A stretch of DNA of 64,000 nt from contig OY762492.1 of NCBI GenBank assembly GCA_963665845.2, positions 2,976,001 through 3,040,000 of the forward strand, in the 5' to 3' direction. The stretch's first letter is position 1. Each line of letters opens with the position of its first letter. The notes beneath the pieces were generated by a model, which was not told the origin of the DNA, made no database searches, and saw only the letters and a list, made by a program, of their open reading frames with translations. Of the stretch, positions 29,599 to 41,000 are shown piece by piece. The stretch comes from Candidatus Poribacteria bacterium (lineage in GTDB: Bacteria; Poribacteria; WGA-4E; GCA-2687025). A program made the translations under genes and the position numbers.

Positions 29599-30685
29599 AA
29601 ACGTACATAAAATTTATCCGCCCGACACGGTCGCCGTTCAAAACGCGAATCTAGAGGCGCTGGACAAGGAGTTCCTGGCGCTGGTCGGTCCGTCGGGATG
29701 CGGAAAATCGACGCTGCTGCGCATGATCGCCGGGCTGGAAAGCGTCACGCAGGGCGACATCTACATTGATGAGCGGCGCGTCACCGACGTTCTCCCGAAA
29801 GACCGCGACATCGCCATGGTGTTTCAAAACTACGCCCTTTATCCGCATATGACCGTCCATAAAAATATGGCGTTCGGGTTAAAGATGCGCAAGACGCCGA
29901 AGCGCGAAATCGAGCGGCGGGTGAAAAACGCGGCGGAGATTTTAGGAATAGAGCCGCTGTTGAACAGGCGCCCGCAGCGTCTCTCCGGCGGCGAACGGCA
30001 GCGCGCCGCCCTCGGACGCGCCATTGTACGCAACCCGAAGGTTTTTCTCTTCGATGAGCCGCTGAGCAACCTGGACGCGCAGCTGCGCGCTCAAATGCGG
30101 GCGGAACTGAAAAAACTGCACGCGCGGCTTGAAGCGACGATGATCTACGTAACCCATGACCAGACCGAGGCGATGACGATGGGCGACCGCATCGTCGTGT
30201 TGAAAGAGGGCGCCATTCAGCAGATTGCGACGCCGCTGCATCTCTACGAGCAGCCGAAAAACAGGTTTGTGGCGCAGTTCATCGGAAACCCGCCGATGAA
30301 CCTGATCGAAGGGCGCATGGCGACGCGGGAGCAGCGGCGCGTCTTTGAAGCGCCCGGCATGGAGTTGGACCTGCCGCGCCCCCTCTGGCCGGCTCTTCAG
30401 GCGGCGCCGGACGGGGAGATCGTCCTCGGCGTCCGCCCTGAACATGTGCGCATCGACCCCGAATTCACGCAGACGCGCCCGGCGGCGCGCATCCCTGCAG
30501 TGGTGGAGGTGGTGGAGCCGCTTGGAAGCGAAACGCTGGCGTATCTGAACGCGGAGGGAAGCGTCTTTATTGCGAAAATGCCGCCGACAAGCCTGCCGCG
30601 CGTCAACGAACGCATCGACGCCGCATTTGAGCCGGAGCAGATTCATTTCTTCAACGCCGCCTCTGGAGAAAGCTTCACCGCCTAG
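29579..30685 (+). CDS. Sugar ABC transporter ATP-binding protein (MalK/UgpC family)
   Basis: GPSGCGKST, VFQNYALYPHM, LSGGERQR, DEPLSNLDA, YVTHDQ, C-terminal TOBE domain. Confidence 0.93.
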   Translation: MAHVRIENVHKIYPPDTVAVQNANLEALDKEFLALVGPSGCGKSTLLRMIAGLESVTQGDIYIDERRVTDVLPKDRDIAMVFQNYALYPHMTVHKNMAFGLKMRKTPKREIERRVKNAAEILGIEPLLNRRPQRLSGGERQRAALGRAIVRNPKVFLFDEPLSNLDAQLRAQMRAELKKLHARLEATMIYVTHDQTEAMTMGDRIVVLKEGAIQQIATPLHLYEQPKNRFVAQFIGNPPMNLIEGRMATREQRRVFEAPGMELDLPRPLWPALQAAPDGEIVLGVRPEHVRIDPEFTQTRPAARIPAVVEVVEPLGSETLAYLNAEGSVFIAKMPPTSLPRVNERIDAAFEPEQIHFFNAASGESFTA

Positions 30686-30709
30686 AGAACTAGAGGAAGG
30701 GGCAGGACG

Positions 30710-32614
30710 ATGACACAACAAGAACGGCCGTTCCCTTCCGTCCGCGCATCTGAACCGCTTTCAAGTCCGCCGCAGTGGGCGATTCTGCAGCGCGCGCTCA
30801 TAGACGCCATCAATGAGGCGGCGGAGCCGCTGGTTGAAAAGTATCTGCGCCCCGACGGGTCTCTGATGTGGCCGCCCAGCCCCGATTTTCAAAGCATCGA
30901 CGCGCTGGACGACGCCTACGAGAGCTTTCACAACTGGCCCCTGTTTTATATGCTCGGCGGGAGCGAGTCGTTTCTGGAACGCGCCGAGGAGCAGTTTGAG
31001 TCGATCAACCGAAATATGGCGCGCCATCAGACCGGGCGCGGCTATCCGATGGTCGTCAACGAATACCAGCCCGGCTACGACTGGTTTCATCAAGGCGAAG
31101 GAAATTATCTGTTTTATATGCTGTGCGCGGCGAATCCGTCCAATCCGAAACATCAGGAGCGGGCGCGCCGGTTTGCGGGGCTGTATATGAACGAAGACCC
31201 GAACGCCGACAATTACGACCCCGTACACAAGATCGTCAAATGCGCGCACAACGGGAGCCTCGGACCCGCGTACGGCAACTTCGCAGGCGATTACGCATGG
31301 ACGGCGCCTGGGTACGGGCTGCATTTTTACGACATTCCAGGCGTTGGGACGGTTGAGGACCTGGAGGACCCTGTCAAAAGCAAGCGTTACGGCGCCGAAG
31401 CGAACGCCCGACGCGCGCAGGGGGACGCGGTCGTCAACCTCGCCGCAACCTCCCTGGCGGCGACCGCCTATCTGCTCACTGGCGATGAAAAATGCAAAGA
31501 GTGGGCTATCGAATATATCGACGCATGGAGAGAACGCGCCGAACGAAACGGCGGCATACTCCCCGACAATGTCGGCGTCAACGGCGTCATCGGCGAGCAT
31601 ATGAACGGCGCTTGGTACGGAGCCAACTACGGCTGGACATGGCCCCATGGATGGCACGGGGTCGGGGAGGCGGCCGTCATCGCGGGACAGAACGGAGCGC
31701 TTCTCGCCAACGATCCGCGCTATCTCGACCTGCCGCGCTCCCAGATCGATTTGCTGATCGAGAACGGAATCGAACGGGAGGGGCAGCTTTACACTCCTTT
31801 TAAACATGGAGCGCCAGGGCGCGTCCGGTATGAGCCATGGCCCTTCCTGAACGCGCTGCGGAACGAGGACGGAACGGCGCTGGAAACGGACGGCTGGTTT
31901 GAGTTCATGCCGATGCATCCGCTCTACATCGCGCATGTTTGGAACGGGTCGATGTCGGAGGGGGATATGGAGCGTTTTGAAACGCTGCGCCGTTCAGGAG
32001 CGGGCCCCGGTCTGAGCGAGCCGGCGTGGCATCATATTAAAGACCAGGGCGGGCATGACGGAGCCTGGCTCGCGTATCTCCGCGGCGAGTTTCCAGAGTA
32101 TCCGGAGCGAATCCTTCAACACAACCTGAATCAAGTGTATGCGCGGCTCGCGTTCATGCAACGGGACGATGAAGACCCCGCGCATTACGGCGACAGCTAC
32201 TTCCAGCGTAGAAATACCGTTACATGCGAGGGGCTTGTCCAGCTGACGATGGGCGCGCCGCTGCCGATCTACAACGGGGGGCTGCTGTTTGCGAACGCCG
32301 TTCACCACGACGCGCAGCGCAAGCGCCCAGGGCTGCCGCCGGACGTCTCGGCGCTAGTTGAAGAGCTAGGACATGACAAAATGACGATACAGCTTGTAAA
32401 CCTTAGCCCGTCGCAGTCGCGGGAGTCGTTGATACAGGCGGGCGCGTTTCGGGAACATCGCATCGCCTCGGCGCGCTGCGGAGAGGAAGAGATCAAGGTC
32501 GGAGCCGCCTATCTGAAAGTCGAACTGCCGCCGGCGGCGCAGATACGGCTTGAAATGCAGATCGAGCGGTATGCGAACCAACCGTCTTACGGAACGCCAT
32601 GGGAAAACGATTGA
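30710..32614 (+). CDS. Conserved hypothetical protein, possibly an (alpha/alpha)-barrel enzyme
   Basis: 634-aa ORF with an RBS; aromatic/acidic motifs (DDAYESFHNW, YDWFHQGE). Fold is inference only. Confidence 0.55.
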   Translation: MTQQERPFPSVRASEPLSSPPQWAILQRALIDAINEAAEPLVEKYLRPDGSLMWPPSPDFQSIDALDDAYESFHNWPLFYMLGGSESFLERAEEQFESINRNMARHQTGRGYPMVVNEYQPGYDWFHQGEGNYLFYMLCAANPSNPKHQERARRFAGLYMNEDPNADNYDPVHKIVKCAHNGSLGPAYGNFAGDYAWTAPGYGLHFYDIPGVGTVEDLEDPVKSKRYGAEANARRAQGDAVVNLAATSLAATAYLLTGDEKCKEWAIEYIDAWRERAERNGGILPDNVGVNGVIGEHMNGAWYGANYGWTWPHGWHGVGEAAVIAGQNGALLANDPRYLDLPRSQIDLLIENGIEREGQLYTPFKHGAPGRVRYEPWPFLNALRNEDGTALETDGWFEFMPMHPLYIAHVWNGSMSEGDMERFETLRRSGAGPGLSEPAWHHIKDQGGHDGAWLAYLRGEFPEYPERILQHNLNQVYARLAFMQRDDEDPAHYGDSYFQRRNTVTCEGLVQLTMGAPLPIYNGGLLFANAVHHDAQRKRPGLPPDVSALVEELGHDKMTIQLVNLSPSQSRESLIQAGAFREHRIASARCGEEEIKVGAAYLKVELPPAAQIRLEMQIERYANQPSYGTPWEND

Positions 32615-34776
32615 CGCGACAGGCTTTAAAAACGCTGCGCGCCCCTTCGGTTCAGGCGCATGCGAGCTATGCGGTTTTGTGCGCCGTTTCGTTGGCGCTG
32701 GGATTGGGTCTACAGCTGGACGCGCGCCTGCATTTTGAGTACCGCAGCGCGCATGGCGTCATCGGATGGGTGAGCGTCCACGAGTATGCGAAGTCGCAGG
32801 AGACGCTGTATTATCTGCTCGCTGTCTTCGGCGTTCCGCTTTTCATTGCGCTGTGCCTGTTTGCTTGCGCGTTGTTTAGCCGATGGATGTCTCGGCAGAC
32901 GGGGCAGTCAGAGGCGTGGACGTTTCAGCGGTGCGCGTTCGCGTTGACGCCGCTGCTGCTCGCCTGTTTCTTTTTTAAGACGGCGGTTGGGTTAGCCTTG
33001 CTGTCGTTTTTGACGGTTTATACCGCGGGCTATTTTCTTTCGTCTAAGCCGCCGCCTGAAGCGAAACACGCCGATTCCGCTTCCCAGCCAAAAAAGAGCG
33101 CGCCCAAAACGCCCGCATGGAAAACGGCGCGACTCCTTTTAATATATGTCCTGATCCCGGCGCTTCTTTATCTGCTGTACTATTCGGGGGGAATCAACGG
33201 CGGCATCGACATGTTCCATGAGGGCGAACGGCTCGCGCCGCTGAACGAAATGCTGCGCGGCGGCGTTCCGTATCGGGACATCTACATTCAGCATGGGCTG
33301 TTTGAAAACGCTTTTTTGGCGCGCGTCGGGGCGGCGCTGTTCGGAGAGACGCTTGCCGGCGTTCGGCTGATGCAGCGGCTGCTCGGGCCGGTCGGTTATA
33401 TCGCGCTCTACATTCTCGGCGTTCAGTTATACCGCGGCTCATGGGCGTCCGCGCTGATACTTGTCATGATCGCGTCGGGGCATCATACAGGCGTCACGGC
33501 GCGGCATACGTTTGGGCTGTTGTGCGCCGCCATGTCGGTCGCCGCGCTTCAACAGGACGGAGCGCGCCGTCTTTGGATGATCGGCGCGTCGGGTTTGTGC
33601 GCCGGCTTCGCGTTCTGGCACAGCGCCGAGATCGGAATGTATTCGATCTGCGCCGTCGGCCTGTTCTGGACAATTCGCCTATTCGCCAAAGCGGAGACGA
33701 GAGACGAGCGGCTGCGCCCTGTTCTGTTTTTCAGCGCGGGGGTCGCTGCTGGGCTAGCTCCCGCCGCGCTCTGGCTGCTGCGGCATGGCGCGCTGGACGA
33801 CGCCGTCCGCAACACGTACATACAGCTCGCTTACCAGTTGGACACGTGGGGTTTGCCGTTCCCGCCGCTTGAGCGGGCGCTTCAGCCGTTCAAACAGCAT
33901 GGGCTGCTGGGCGGATGGAATGAGTTTATCGGAAGCGAGCCGCTGCGTTGGTATCTGCCGCCTGCCGCGTTGATCGCCGCCGGCGCCGTTCTCGTTCGGC
34001 GCGCTGTTCAAGGCGGTTTTTGGAAACATGAGGCATGCGTTAAGGGTTTGCTGACGGCGCTCTGTTTAGCCGCTTTTTTCCGCACGGCGCTGGGCAGGTC
34101 GGACGGCGGGCATCTGGTCTTCGGGTCCACCTTCTTTTGGCCGCTGCTACTGCTTCCGCTGGACAGGTCCGCCGCGGGCGTCTGGGACGCGCTTCGGGCG
34201 AAACGGAAGCTGACCGCGAGGCAGTGGGCATGGGCGGCGCTGCCGATACTGATCGCCGCGCTGTACGCCGGGCGCGTTCATCGCCCCGTTGCGGCGTTTC
34301 AAAGCCGATGGAACGGCATGCTCCAAAACCAGTTCAACCTGCCGAGAGCGGAGGAGGAGCTGACACGCGCCGGCCCGATCGACCTGCCGGACGATCAGGT
34401 TCAGCAGATTCAAGCGGTGGCGACGTTCATACAGGAGAACACGGCTCCCGGCGAACGCATTTTCGATTTCTCCAGTCAAGGCGCGTACTACTTCTTCGCC
34501 GACCGCCCCGCCGCGACCCGCTACCATCAGATCTGCTACGCCTCGGCGCCGGAGCTGGAGCGGGAAGTCATCAACGCGCTTGAAAAAGACCGGACGCGGC
34601 TTGTTCTGTATAAAACGGGCGGCTGGTTCGACACGGTGGACGGCATCGACAGCGAGCTGCGCTACCCCCAAATCGCGCTTTATTTATGCGATAATTATGA
34701 AGAGTACATTAATATCGATGGCGCGCGGGTATGGATGCGCATTCATGGGGCGGATTCCGCTCAACCGCCCTATTGA
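32599..34776 (+). CDS. Polytopic membrane protein, GT-C-like glycosyltransferase candidate
   Basis: About 12 or more hydrophobic segments, DMFHEGE..GGVPYRDI loop, and a C-terminal soluble domain (YYFFADRP). Confidence 0.6.
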   Translation: MGKRLTRQALKTLRAPSVQAHASYAVLCAVSLALGLGLQLDARLHFEYRSAHGVIGWVSVHEYAKSQETLYYLLAVFGVPLFIALCLFACALFSRWMSRQTGQSEAWTFQRCAFALTPLLLACFFFKTAVGLALLSFLTVYTAGYFLSSKPPPEAKHADSASQPKKSAPKTPAWKTARLLLIYVLIPALLYLLYYSGGINGGIDMFHEGERLAPLNEMLRGGVPYRDIYIQHGLFENAFLARVGAALFGETLAGVRLMQRLLGPVGYIALYILGVQLYRGSWASALILVMIASGHHTGVTARHTFGLLCAAMSVAALQQDGARRLWMIGASGLCAGFAFWHSAEIGMYSICAVGLFWTIRLFAKAETRDERLRPVLFFSAGVAAGLAPAALWLLRHGALDDAVRNTYIQLAYQLDTWGLPFPPLERALQPFKQHGLLGGWNEFIGSEPLRWYLPPAALIAAGAVLVRRAVQGGFWKHEACVKGLLTALCLAAFFRTALGRSDGGHLVFGSTFFWPLLLLPLDRSAAGVWDALRAKRKLTARQWAWAALPILIAALYAGRVHRPVAAFQSRWNGMLQNQFNLPRAEEELTRAGPIDLPDDQVQQIQAVATFIQENTAPGERIFDFSSQGAYYFFADRPAATRYHQICYASAPELEREVINALEKDRTRLVLYKTGGWFDTVDGIDSELRYPQIALYLCDNYEEYINIDGARVWMRIHGADSAQPPY

Positions 34777-34801
34777 CATGCCCGCGGTATAATGTTACAA
34801 T
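34773..34801 (+). promoter_or_regulatory. Near-consensus sigma70 promoter of the crystallin-flotillin cluster
   Basis: TTGACA-17 bp-TACAAT with an extended -10 TG. Confidence 0.7.
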
Positions 34802-34880
34802 CGCCTTAGCCTGCGCATAGAAGACGAAAGCGGCGCCAATGAAGCCGCTTCAGATTTGTTTATTGGTACGGAGAATCGAG

Positions 34881-36281
34881 ATGCCTGCAATCAATCCCCG
34901 CCTGATCCTTGAAGCGTATGAGCAGCCGAACTACGGCGGCGTCGCAGGCTATTTTGTCGACCCTGAACCGTCGCTCTGGCGCGTCGGCTTTCGCAACGGC
35001 TTCCGATCCGCCCGCGTCTACCGCGGACCTGGATACAAACGCGGACCGAACTACCGAATCGTTCTGTTCGACCGCTCCAACTACGAAGGGCGCAAACTGG
35101 TTCTCGCGCCCGGCTATTATCCCGACCTGCTGGACGTTGCGGTTCAGCACACGGGGCGGTTCCGCTCCTTCAACATCGCGCCGGATTACAACATCTCCGG
35201 TCCCGAATGGGGTACGGTGCCGGTCATCGTTCAGCTGTTCAACGACCCCGACTACAGGGGGCGGCATGCGACCGTTCTGCGCGATGTGCCGAACACGCAC
35301 AGCGAACTCGGCATGGCGGACACGATCAGCTCCGTCCGCGTCATCAAAGGCTCCGACTTTCCGCCGCAGGGCGCGAAGGTGCGCCTTTTCGAGCATCTGG
35401 ACTACGGCGGTCCGTTTCTTGAAATCGCCATGACAACCTACGACATGAAAAAGGAGATACCCGACCTGTCGATGCTTCCGATGGTCGGCGGGCAGTACGC
35501 CTCCACTTTCGGAAACGCGATCTCTTCGGTGCAGATCGAAGGATGGGCGTCGTCGGGAGAGTTTATGGAGATGGCGTACACCGACGAATTTGACCAAGCG
35601 GGAATGAACGAGGTTTGGCAATGGGTCGACCCGGCGGGCGGCGGAGAATGGCGCGAACGGCAAGGGTATCTTGAAATGCGCGCCGACCCCGGACAAGACC
35701 TGTGGCACGGCAACCCGCCCGGCAGCGGCGGCGATATGGACGCGCCGAGAATACTCATGGAGTACAGCGGCGACTTCGCCATCGAAACGCGGCTGCCGGT
35801 CACCCCGCAGCTGCGCGAACATGGCGGGCTGCTGGTCTGGAAAAGCCCAGGGCGTTTTTTGAGGCTTGAAAAAACATCCGGGGCGCATGCTTTCCGCGGC
35901 GCGGTGCGTTTTGAACGGCATGTGAACCGCGTCTTCCGCCTCGTCGGACGAGGACCGAACAACCTGATCCGAACGCGGCATCTCTACCTGCGGCTTGAAC
36001 GCCGGCGCAATCAGTTCACAGGCTTTGCCAGCCAAGACGGGCAGACCTGGGCAAACTGCGGCGTCACGAATGTCGGCATGGGCGATCCTGTTCAGATCGG
36101 ACTTCACGGACTCTGCCCCGGCAACATACCGCCGACCATCACCCGTTTCGACTACTTCCGCGTCTTCTCCAGAAAAGGCGAGGCGGTTCAGCTTCGGTTC
36201 CGACCGCAGGAGATCGAGCTGGACGAGCAGCAGGCAGACGCGCGGCGCATCGCCGCCCTGAGACGATTCATGGACGCATAA
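34881..36281 (+). CDS. Beta/gamma-crystallin domain protein with C-terminal ConA/LamG-like (DUF1349-type) domain
   Basis: Four Greek-key motifs (YEQPNYGG, FDRSNYEG, FNDPDYRG, FEHLDYGG; ADTISS, GNAISS), then DEF...APRIL...GDF.IET...YLRLERR...SQDGQTW. No signal peptide. Confidence 0.75.
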   Translation: MPAINPRLILEAYEQPNYGGVAGYFVDPEPSLWRVGFRNGFRSARVYRGPGYKRGPNYRIVLFDRSNYEGRKLVLAPGYYPDLLDVAVQHTGRFRSFNIAPDYNISGPEWGTVPVIVQLFNDPDYRGRHATVLRDVPNTHSELGMADTISSVRVIKGSDFPPQGAKVRLFEHLDYGGPFLEIAMTTYDMKKEIPDLSMLPMVGGQYASTFGNAISSVQIEGWASSGEFMEMAYTDEFDQAGMNEVWQWVDPAGGGEWRERQGYLEMRADPGQDLWHGNPPGSGGDMDAPRILMEYSGDFAIETRLPVTPQLREHGGLLVWKSPGRFLRLEKTSGAHAFRGAVRFERHVNRVFRLVGRGPNNLIRTRHLYLRLERRRNQFTGFASQDGQTWANCGVTNVGMGDPVQIGLHGLCPGNIPPTITRFDYFRVFSRKGEAVQLRFRPQEIELDEQQADARRIAALRRFMDA

Positions 36282-36288
36282 GAAAGGC

Positions 36289-36454
36289 AGACCTCATGCG
36301 TAAAGTTGGGACATTTGAGCGAATAATCGCTCTATTCATGGGAAAAAGCCGTCGCCTACCAGACCGTCATTCCCGCGCAAGCGGGAATCCAGAGTCTACC
36401 CCGAAACCGTTCGCGTTCACAACCAGAATTGTCTCAACTCTAAGGATGAGGTAA
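36289..36454. mobile_element. 166-bp MITE-like element (diverged ends)
   Basis: AGACCTCATGCGTAAAGTTGGGACAT ... GTCTCAACTCTAAGGATGAGGTAA. Confidence 0.7.
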
Positions 36455-36473
36455 GAAGAAAGGCGCACGAACC

Positions 36474-38000
36474 ATGGCGGTCAATCCGCGCATCATTGTT
36501 GAGCTGTTTAGGGACAAGCACTTTCAGGGGACGAAGGCGACCGTCGTGGAGCCGATCGACGATCTGAAAGAGATCGGGATGGACGAAACGATTTCCTCCA
36601 TCAAGGTTTATCACGGACCGGGCGCCGCGGCGGCGCCGAATCAGCGCGTCGTTTTCTTTGAACAGACGCGGTATCAGGGGCGCAAGATCACGCTTCCGCC
36701 CGGTTTCTATCCGGATATTCATGCGATACCGTACAACTTCGGCGATGTTGTGTCCTCGCTCAACTTTTCCTCCTCCGCCCGGCTGACCGCGCCGAAATAC
36801 GGCTGGATGCCGCTCATCGTGGAGGTGTTTCAAGACCTGAACTACAAAGGGCGGCGCGCGACCATCATGCGCGACACCAGCTACATCGGCGAGATCGGCA
36901 TGAACGACCGCATCTCCTCCATGCGCGTCACGCGCGGACCGAACTTTCCGTTCACGGGATGCCGCGCCGTTTTCTTTCAGCATCCCGACTATGAGGGGCG
37001 CGAGCTGTCGATCGCCCTCGGACCGCGCGACTTCTCCGTCCAGATCTCCAACCTAGACGACTACAACCTACGGACGCGGGCGGGCGAAACGATACAGCAT
37101 ATCGACGCCGACCGCGGCATTGAGAATCTGACAAAAACAGGCTTCGACAACACGATCAGCTCCGTCAAAATACTGCCGACCGGCAACTTCAACGTCCTCG
37201 TCATCGAAGGCGATTCGCACACGCGCGAACCCGGCATTTTGGAGGATTTCCGCGAACATCAGGGCAACATCTTCCGCTTCGACCATGTCCGCATCAACCA
37301 GGACATAGAGAACAGCGGCTCGGCGGACGCGGTGGAGTTTGAATCGATTCTGCACCTGCTCGACAATTACGACATCATCTGGCTCACCTGGAACGCGCCT
37401 GGGCATAACGGCTCCTATTTTCTGGAGCCGTCTGGGGAACGCGCCATACAGGAGTGGGTCAAGGCGGGCGGAACGCTCTGGGCGTCCGCGATGGACGACA
37501 ACATTGAAACGGACGAAAAAGAGGGCAAGAAATGGAGAGGCGACTGGCTGCCCGTTTACCGGCACCCGGCGCGCGTTGTGAACTCGGAGGATGTGAAGGT
37601 CTGGATGACGCGGGAGGGGCGCAAGACGGGGCTTTTCACCTGGCCCGATAAAGTGGACCCGGAGCGCATTCAAACGGACGACCACTGGGTCACGACCGAC
37701 CCCTCGTACACGATTTTAGCCCGGCGCGACGACAACCAGGAGCCGATTGCCGCGCAGTTGCCTTGGGGGGACGGGCATTATATTCTGTTTGCCGTGGACA
37801 CCCGTTCGGATGAAGTTGCCGAGGCGGCGCGTCCGCTCATCGGCAACGCGCTCTGTTTTCTCGCCAGCTTGGCATGGGCGACCTCGCCGCGGCAGCCCCT
37901 GCGCGGTCGCGCGCGGTCGGCAGGGGGCATGTCCAGCGCCGGCGTCGTTGACCGGACAAGAAATCGACGGCCGCAACCGTATCGAAGGAGCGTCACATGA
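36474..38000 (+). CDS. Beta/gamma-crystallin domain protein with C-terminal class I GATase-like (flavodoxin-type) domain
   Basis: Four Greek-key motifs with DETISS, GDVVSS, NDRISS, DNTISS. C-terminal LDNYDIIWL...IQEWVKAGGTLW...PWGDGHYILF. Confidence 0.75.
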   Translation: MAVNPRIIVELFRDKHFQGTKATVVEPIDDLKEIGMDETISSIKVYHGPGAAAAPNQRVVFFEQTRYQGRKITLPPGFYPDIHAIPYNFGDVVSSLNFSSSARLTAPKYGWMPLIVEVFQDLNYKGRRATIMRDTSYIGEIGMNDRISSMRVTRGPNFPFTGCRAVFFQHPDYEGRELSIALGPRDFSVQISNLDDYNLRTRAGETIQHIDADRGIENLTKTGFDNTISSVKILPTGNFNVLVIEGDSHTREPGILEDFREHQGNIFRFDHVRINQDIENSGSADAVEFESILHLLDNYDIIWLTWNAPGHNGSYFLEPSGERAIQEWVKAGGTLWASAMDDNIETDEKEGKKWRGDWLPVYRHPARVVNSEDVKVWMTREGRKTGLFTWPDKVDPERIQTDDHWVTTDPSYTILARRDDNQEPIAAQLPWGDGHYILFAVDTRSDEVAEAARPLIGNALCFLASLAWATSPRQPLRGRARSAGGMSSAGVVDRTRNRRPQPYRRSVT

Positions 38001-41000
38001 GAATTGGAATTACGATCGGCGTCGCAGTGATCGCAGTCTTCTTCGCCGCTATCGCGCCGGAAAGGCTCGGCATGGATAATATGATCACTGACAAAACGAT
38101 CTCTGGATTGCTCAAGTACGGCATGTTGATCGGCTTGCCGGTCGTCGCGGCTCTGGCGGCGATGTACCGTTATGAAAAGCCGCGCGCCGATCAAGCCCTG
38201 GTGCGGACGGGGGGGCGCAAGGAAAAGATATCCATCACAGGCGGCCTCTGGGTCAATAAAATTATCCATGAAATACGCCAGATTTTTCTGGACACGGTGC
38301 GGCTGGACATTGTCCGCGTCGGGCCGGACGCGCTCATCACCAGCGATTTTTTAAGGGCGGACATTGAGGCGGCGTTTTTTATACGGGTGGAACCTGACCC
38401 GGACCAGATACTGCGGGCGGCGCAGAGCCTCGGCGAACGCACCATGACCGCCGAGGAGCTGACGGAGCTGCTTGAACAAAAACTGGAAGGCGCCCTGCGC
38501 ACCGTCGCCGCCGAGAAGGAGCTGCAAGACCTGCTTCAAAAACGCAAAGACTTTGGGGAAGCGGTTCAAGAATCGGTGAAAACCGACCTTGAAGAGAACG
38601 GCTTGACCCTAGAGACCGTCTCGCTCATCCGAGTCGACCAGGCGCCGCTGGAATCGATGGACGAGAACAACCAGTTTGACGCGCAGGGGATTCTCAAGAT
38701 CACCGAGATAACGCAAGAGAACCGATATGAAGCGGAGAAGATACGCCTGGAGGTTGACGTTCAGATCACGGAGGCGGAGACCAGTACCCAGGAAGAGAAG
38801 CTGGAGCTGAACAAGCGGCTCGCGTGGGCGGAGGCGGAGCAGGCGAAGGAGATCGCGACCTACGCCGCCGAGAAAGAGGCGGACACGCTTGCCTTCCAGT
38901 ATGAGCAGGATCAGCGGATTCAAGAGACGGAGCAGATGACGAAACTCGCCATTGAGCGCGCCACGATTGAGCAGGAACAGGGCGTGCTGGAGCGCGAGAT
39001 CGAGAAGCTGCTGCATGTGGAGACGGCGCGGATACAGCAGGAGCAGTTCGTTCAAGAGGCGGAGATTGAAAAGAACCTCAACGTGGAGCTGGCGCAAGTT
39101 GACCAGTCGCAGAAGGTTCAGATCGCCGAAGTGGAGCGGATGCTGGCGGTTGAAATGGCGCGGGTCGCTCAAGAGCAGACGGTGGAAGAACGCGAAATTG
39201 AGCGGAATCTGGGCGTTGAAACGGCTGAAATCGCGCAGCAAGAGGCGGTTCAGGTGCGCGATGTGGAGCGCGTCATGGCGACCGAGACGGCGCGCATTGA
39301 TCAAGAACGTGTCGTCCAAACGCGCGATATTGAAAAGAACCTCATCATCGAAACGGCGCAAATCGACCAGACGCGGCAGGTTCAGGAGGCGGAAATCGAA
39401 CGAAGCTTGCGCGTGGAAACGGCAAGAATCGCCCAAGAGCAGATCGTTAAAGAACGCGATATTGAGCGCGAACTCGGCATCCAGATTGCCCAGATTGCGC
39501 AGCAGGAGGGTACGCAGGTTCGAGAAATTGAGCGTGTCTTGGCAACCGAGACGGCGCGCATCGATCAGGAGCGGGTCGTCCAAACGCGCGACATCGAAAA
39601 GAACCTGATCATTGAGACTGCGCAGATCGATCAGACGCGCCAAGTCCAAGAGGCGGAAATCGAACGAAGCTTGCGCGTTGAAACGGCAAGAATCGCCCAA
39701 GAGCAGATCGTTAAAGAACGCGATATTGAGCGCGAACTCGGCATTCAAATCGCCCAGATCGCGCAACAGGAAGGAACGCAGGTCAGAGAAATTGAGCGGG
39801 TCTTGGCAACCGAAACGGCGCGCATTGACCAAGAGCGTGTCGTCCAAACGCGCGACATCGAAAAGAACCTGATCATCGAAACGGCGCAAATCGACCAAAC
39901 GCGGCAGGTGCAAGAGGCGGAAATCGAACGAACCTTGCGCGTCGAGACGGCGCGCATCGCCCAAGAGCAGATCGTTAAAGAACGCGATATTGAGCGCGAA
40001 CTCGGCATTCAAATCGCGCAGATCGCGCAGCAGGAAGGAACGCAGGTCAGAGAAATTGAGCGGGTCCTGGCGACTGAAACGGCGCGCATCGATCAGGAGC
40101 GGGTCGTCCAAACGCGCGACATCGAAAAGAACCTCATCATCGAAACGGCGCAAATCGACCAAACGCGGCAGGTGCAAGAGGCGGAAATCGAACGAACCTT
40201 GCGCGTGGAAACGGCAAGAATCGCCCAAGAGCAGATCGTTAAAGAGCGCGATATTGAGCGCGAACTCGGCATCCAGATCGCGCAAATCGCGCAGCAGGAA
40301 GGAACGCAGGTCAGAGAAATTGAGCGGGTCTTGGCAACCGAAACGGCGCGCATCGATCAGGAGCGGGTCGTCCAAACGCGCGATATTGAAAAGAACCTGA
40401 TCATTGAGACGGCGCAAATCGACCAAACGCGCCAAGTCCAAGAGGCGGAAATCGAACGAACCTTGCGCGTCGAGACGGCGCGCATCGCCCAAGAGCAGAT
40501 CGTTAAAGAACGCGATATTGAGCGCGAACTCGGCATCCAGATCGCCCAGATCGCGCAACAGGAAGGAACGCAGGTTAGAGAGGTTGAGCGGGTCCTGGCA
40601 ACCGAGACGGCGCGCATCGATCAGGAGCGGGTCGTCCAAACGCGCGACATCGAAAAGAACCTGATCATAGAGACGGCGCAAATCGACCAGACGCGGCAGG
40701 TTCAAGAGGCGGAAATCGAACGAACCTTGCGCGTTGAAACGGCAAGAATCGCCCAAGAGCAGGTCGTTAAAGAGCGCGATATTGAACGCGAACTCGGCAT
40801 CCAGATCGCGCAAATCGCGCAGCAGGAAGGAACGCAGGTTAGAGAAATTGAGCGTGTCTTGGCAACCGAAACGGCGCGCATCGATCAGGAGCGGGTCGTC
40901 CAAACGCGCGACATCGAAAAGAACCTGATTATCGAAACGGCGCAAATCGATCAGACGCGCCAAGTTCAAGAGGCGGAGATCGAACGAACCTTGCGCGTTG

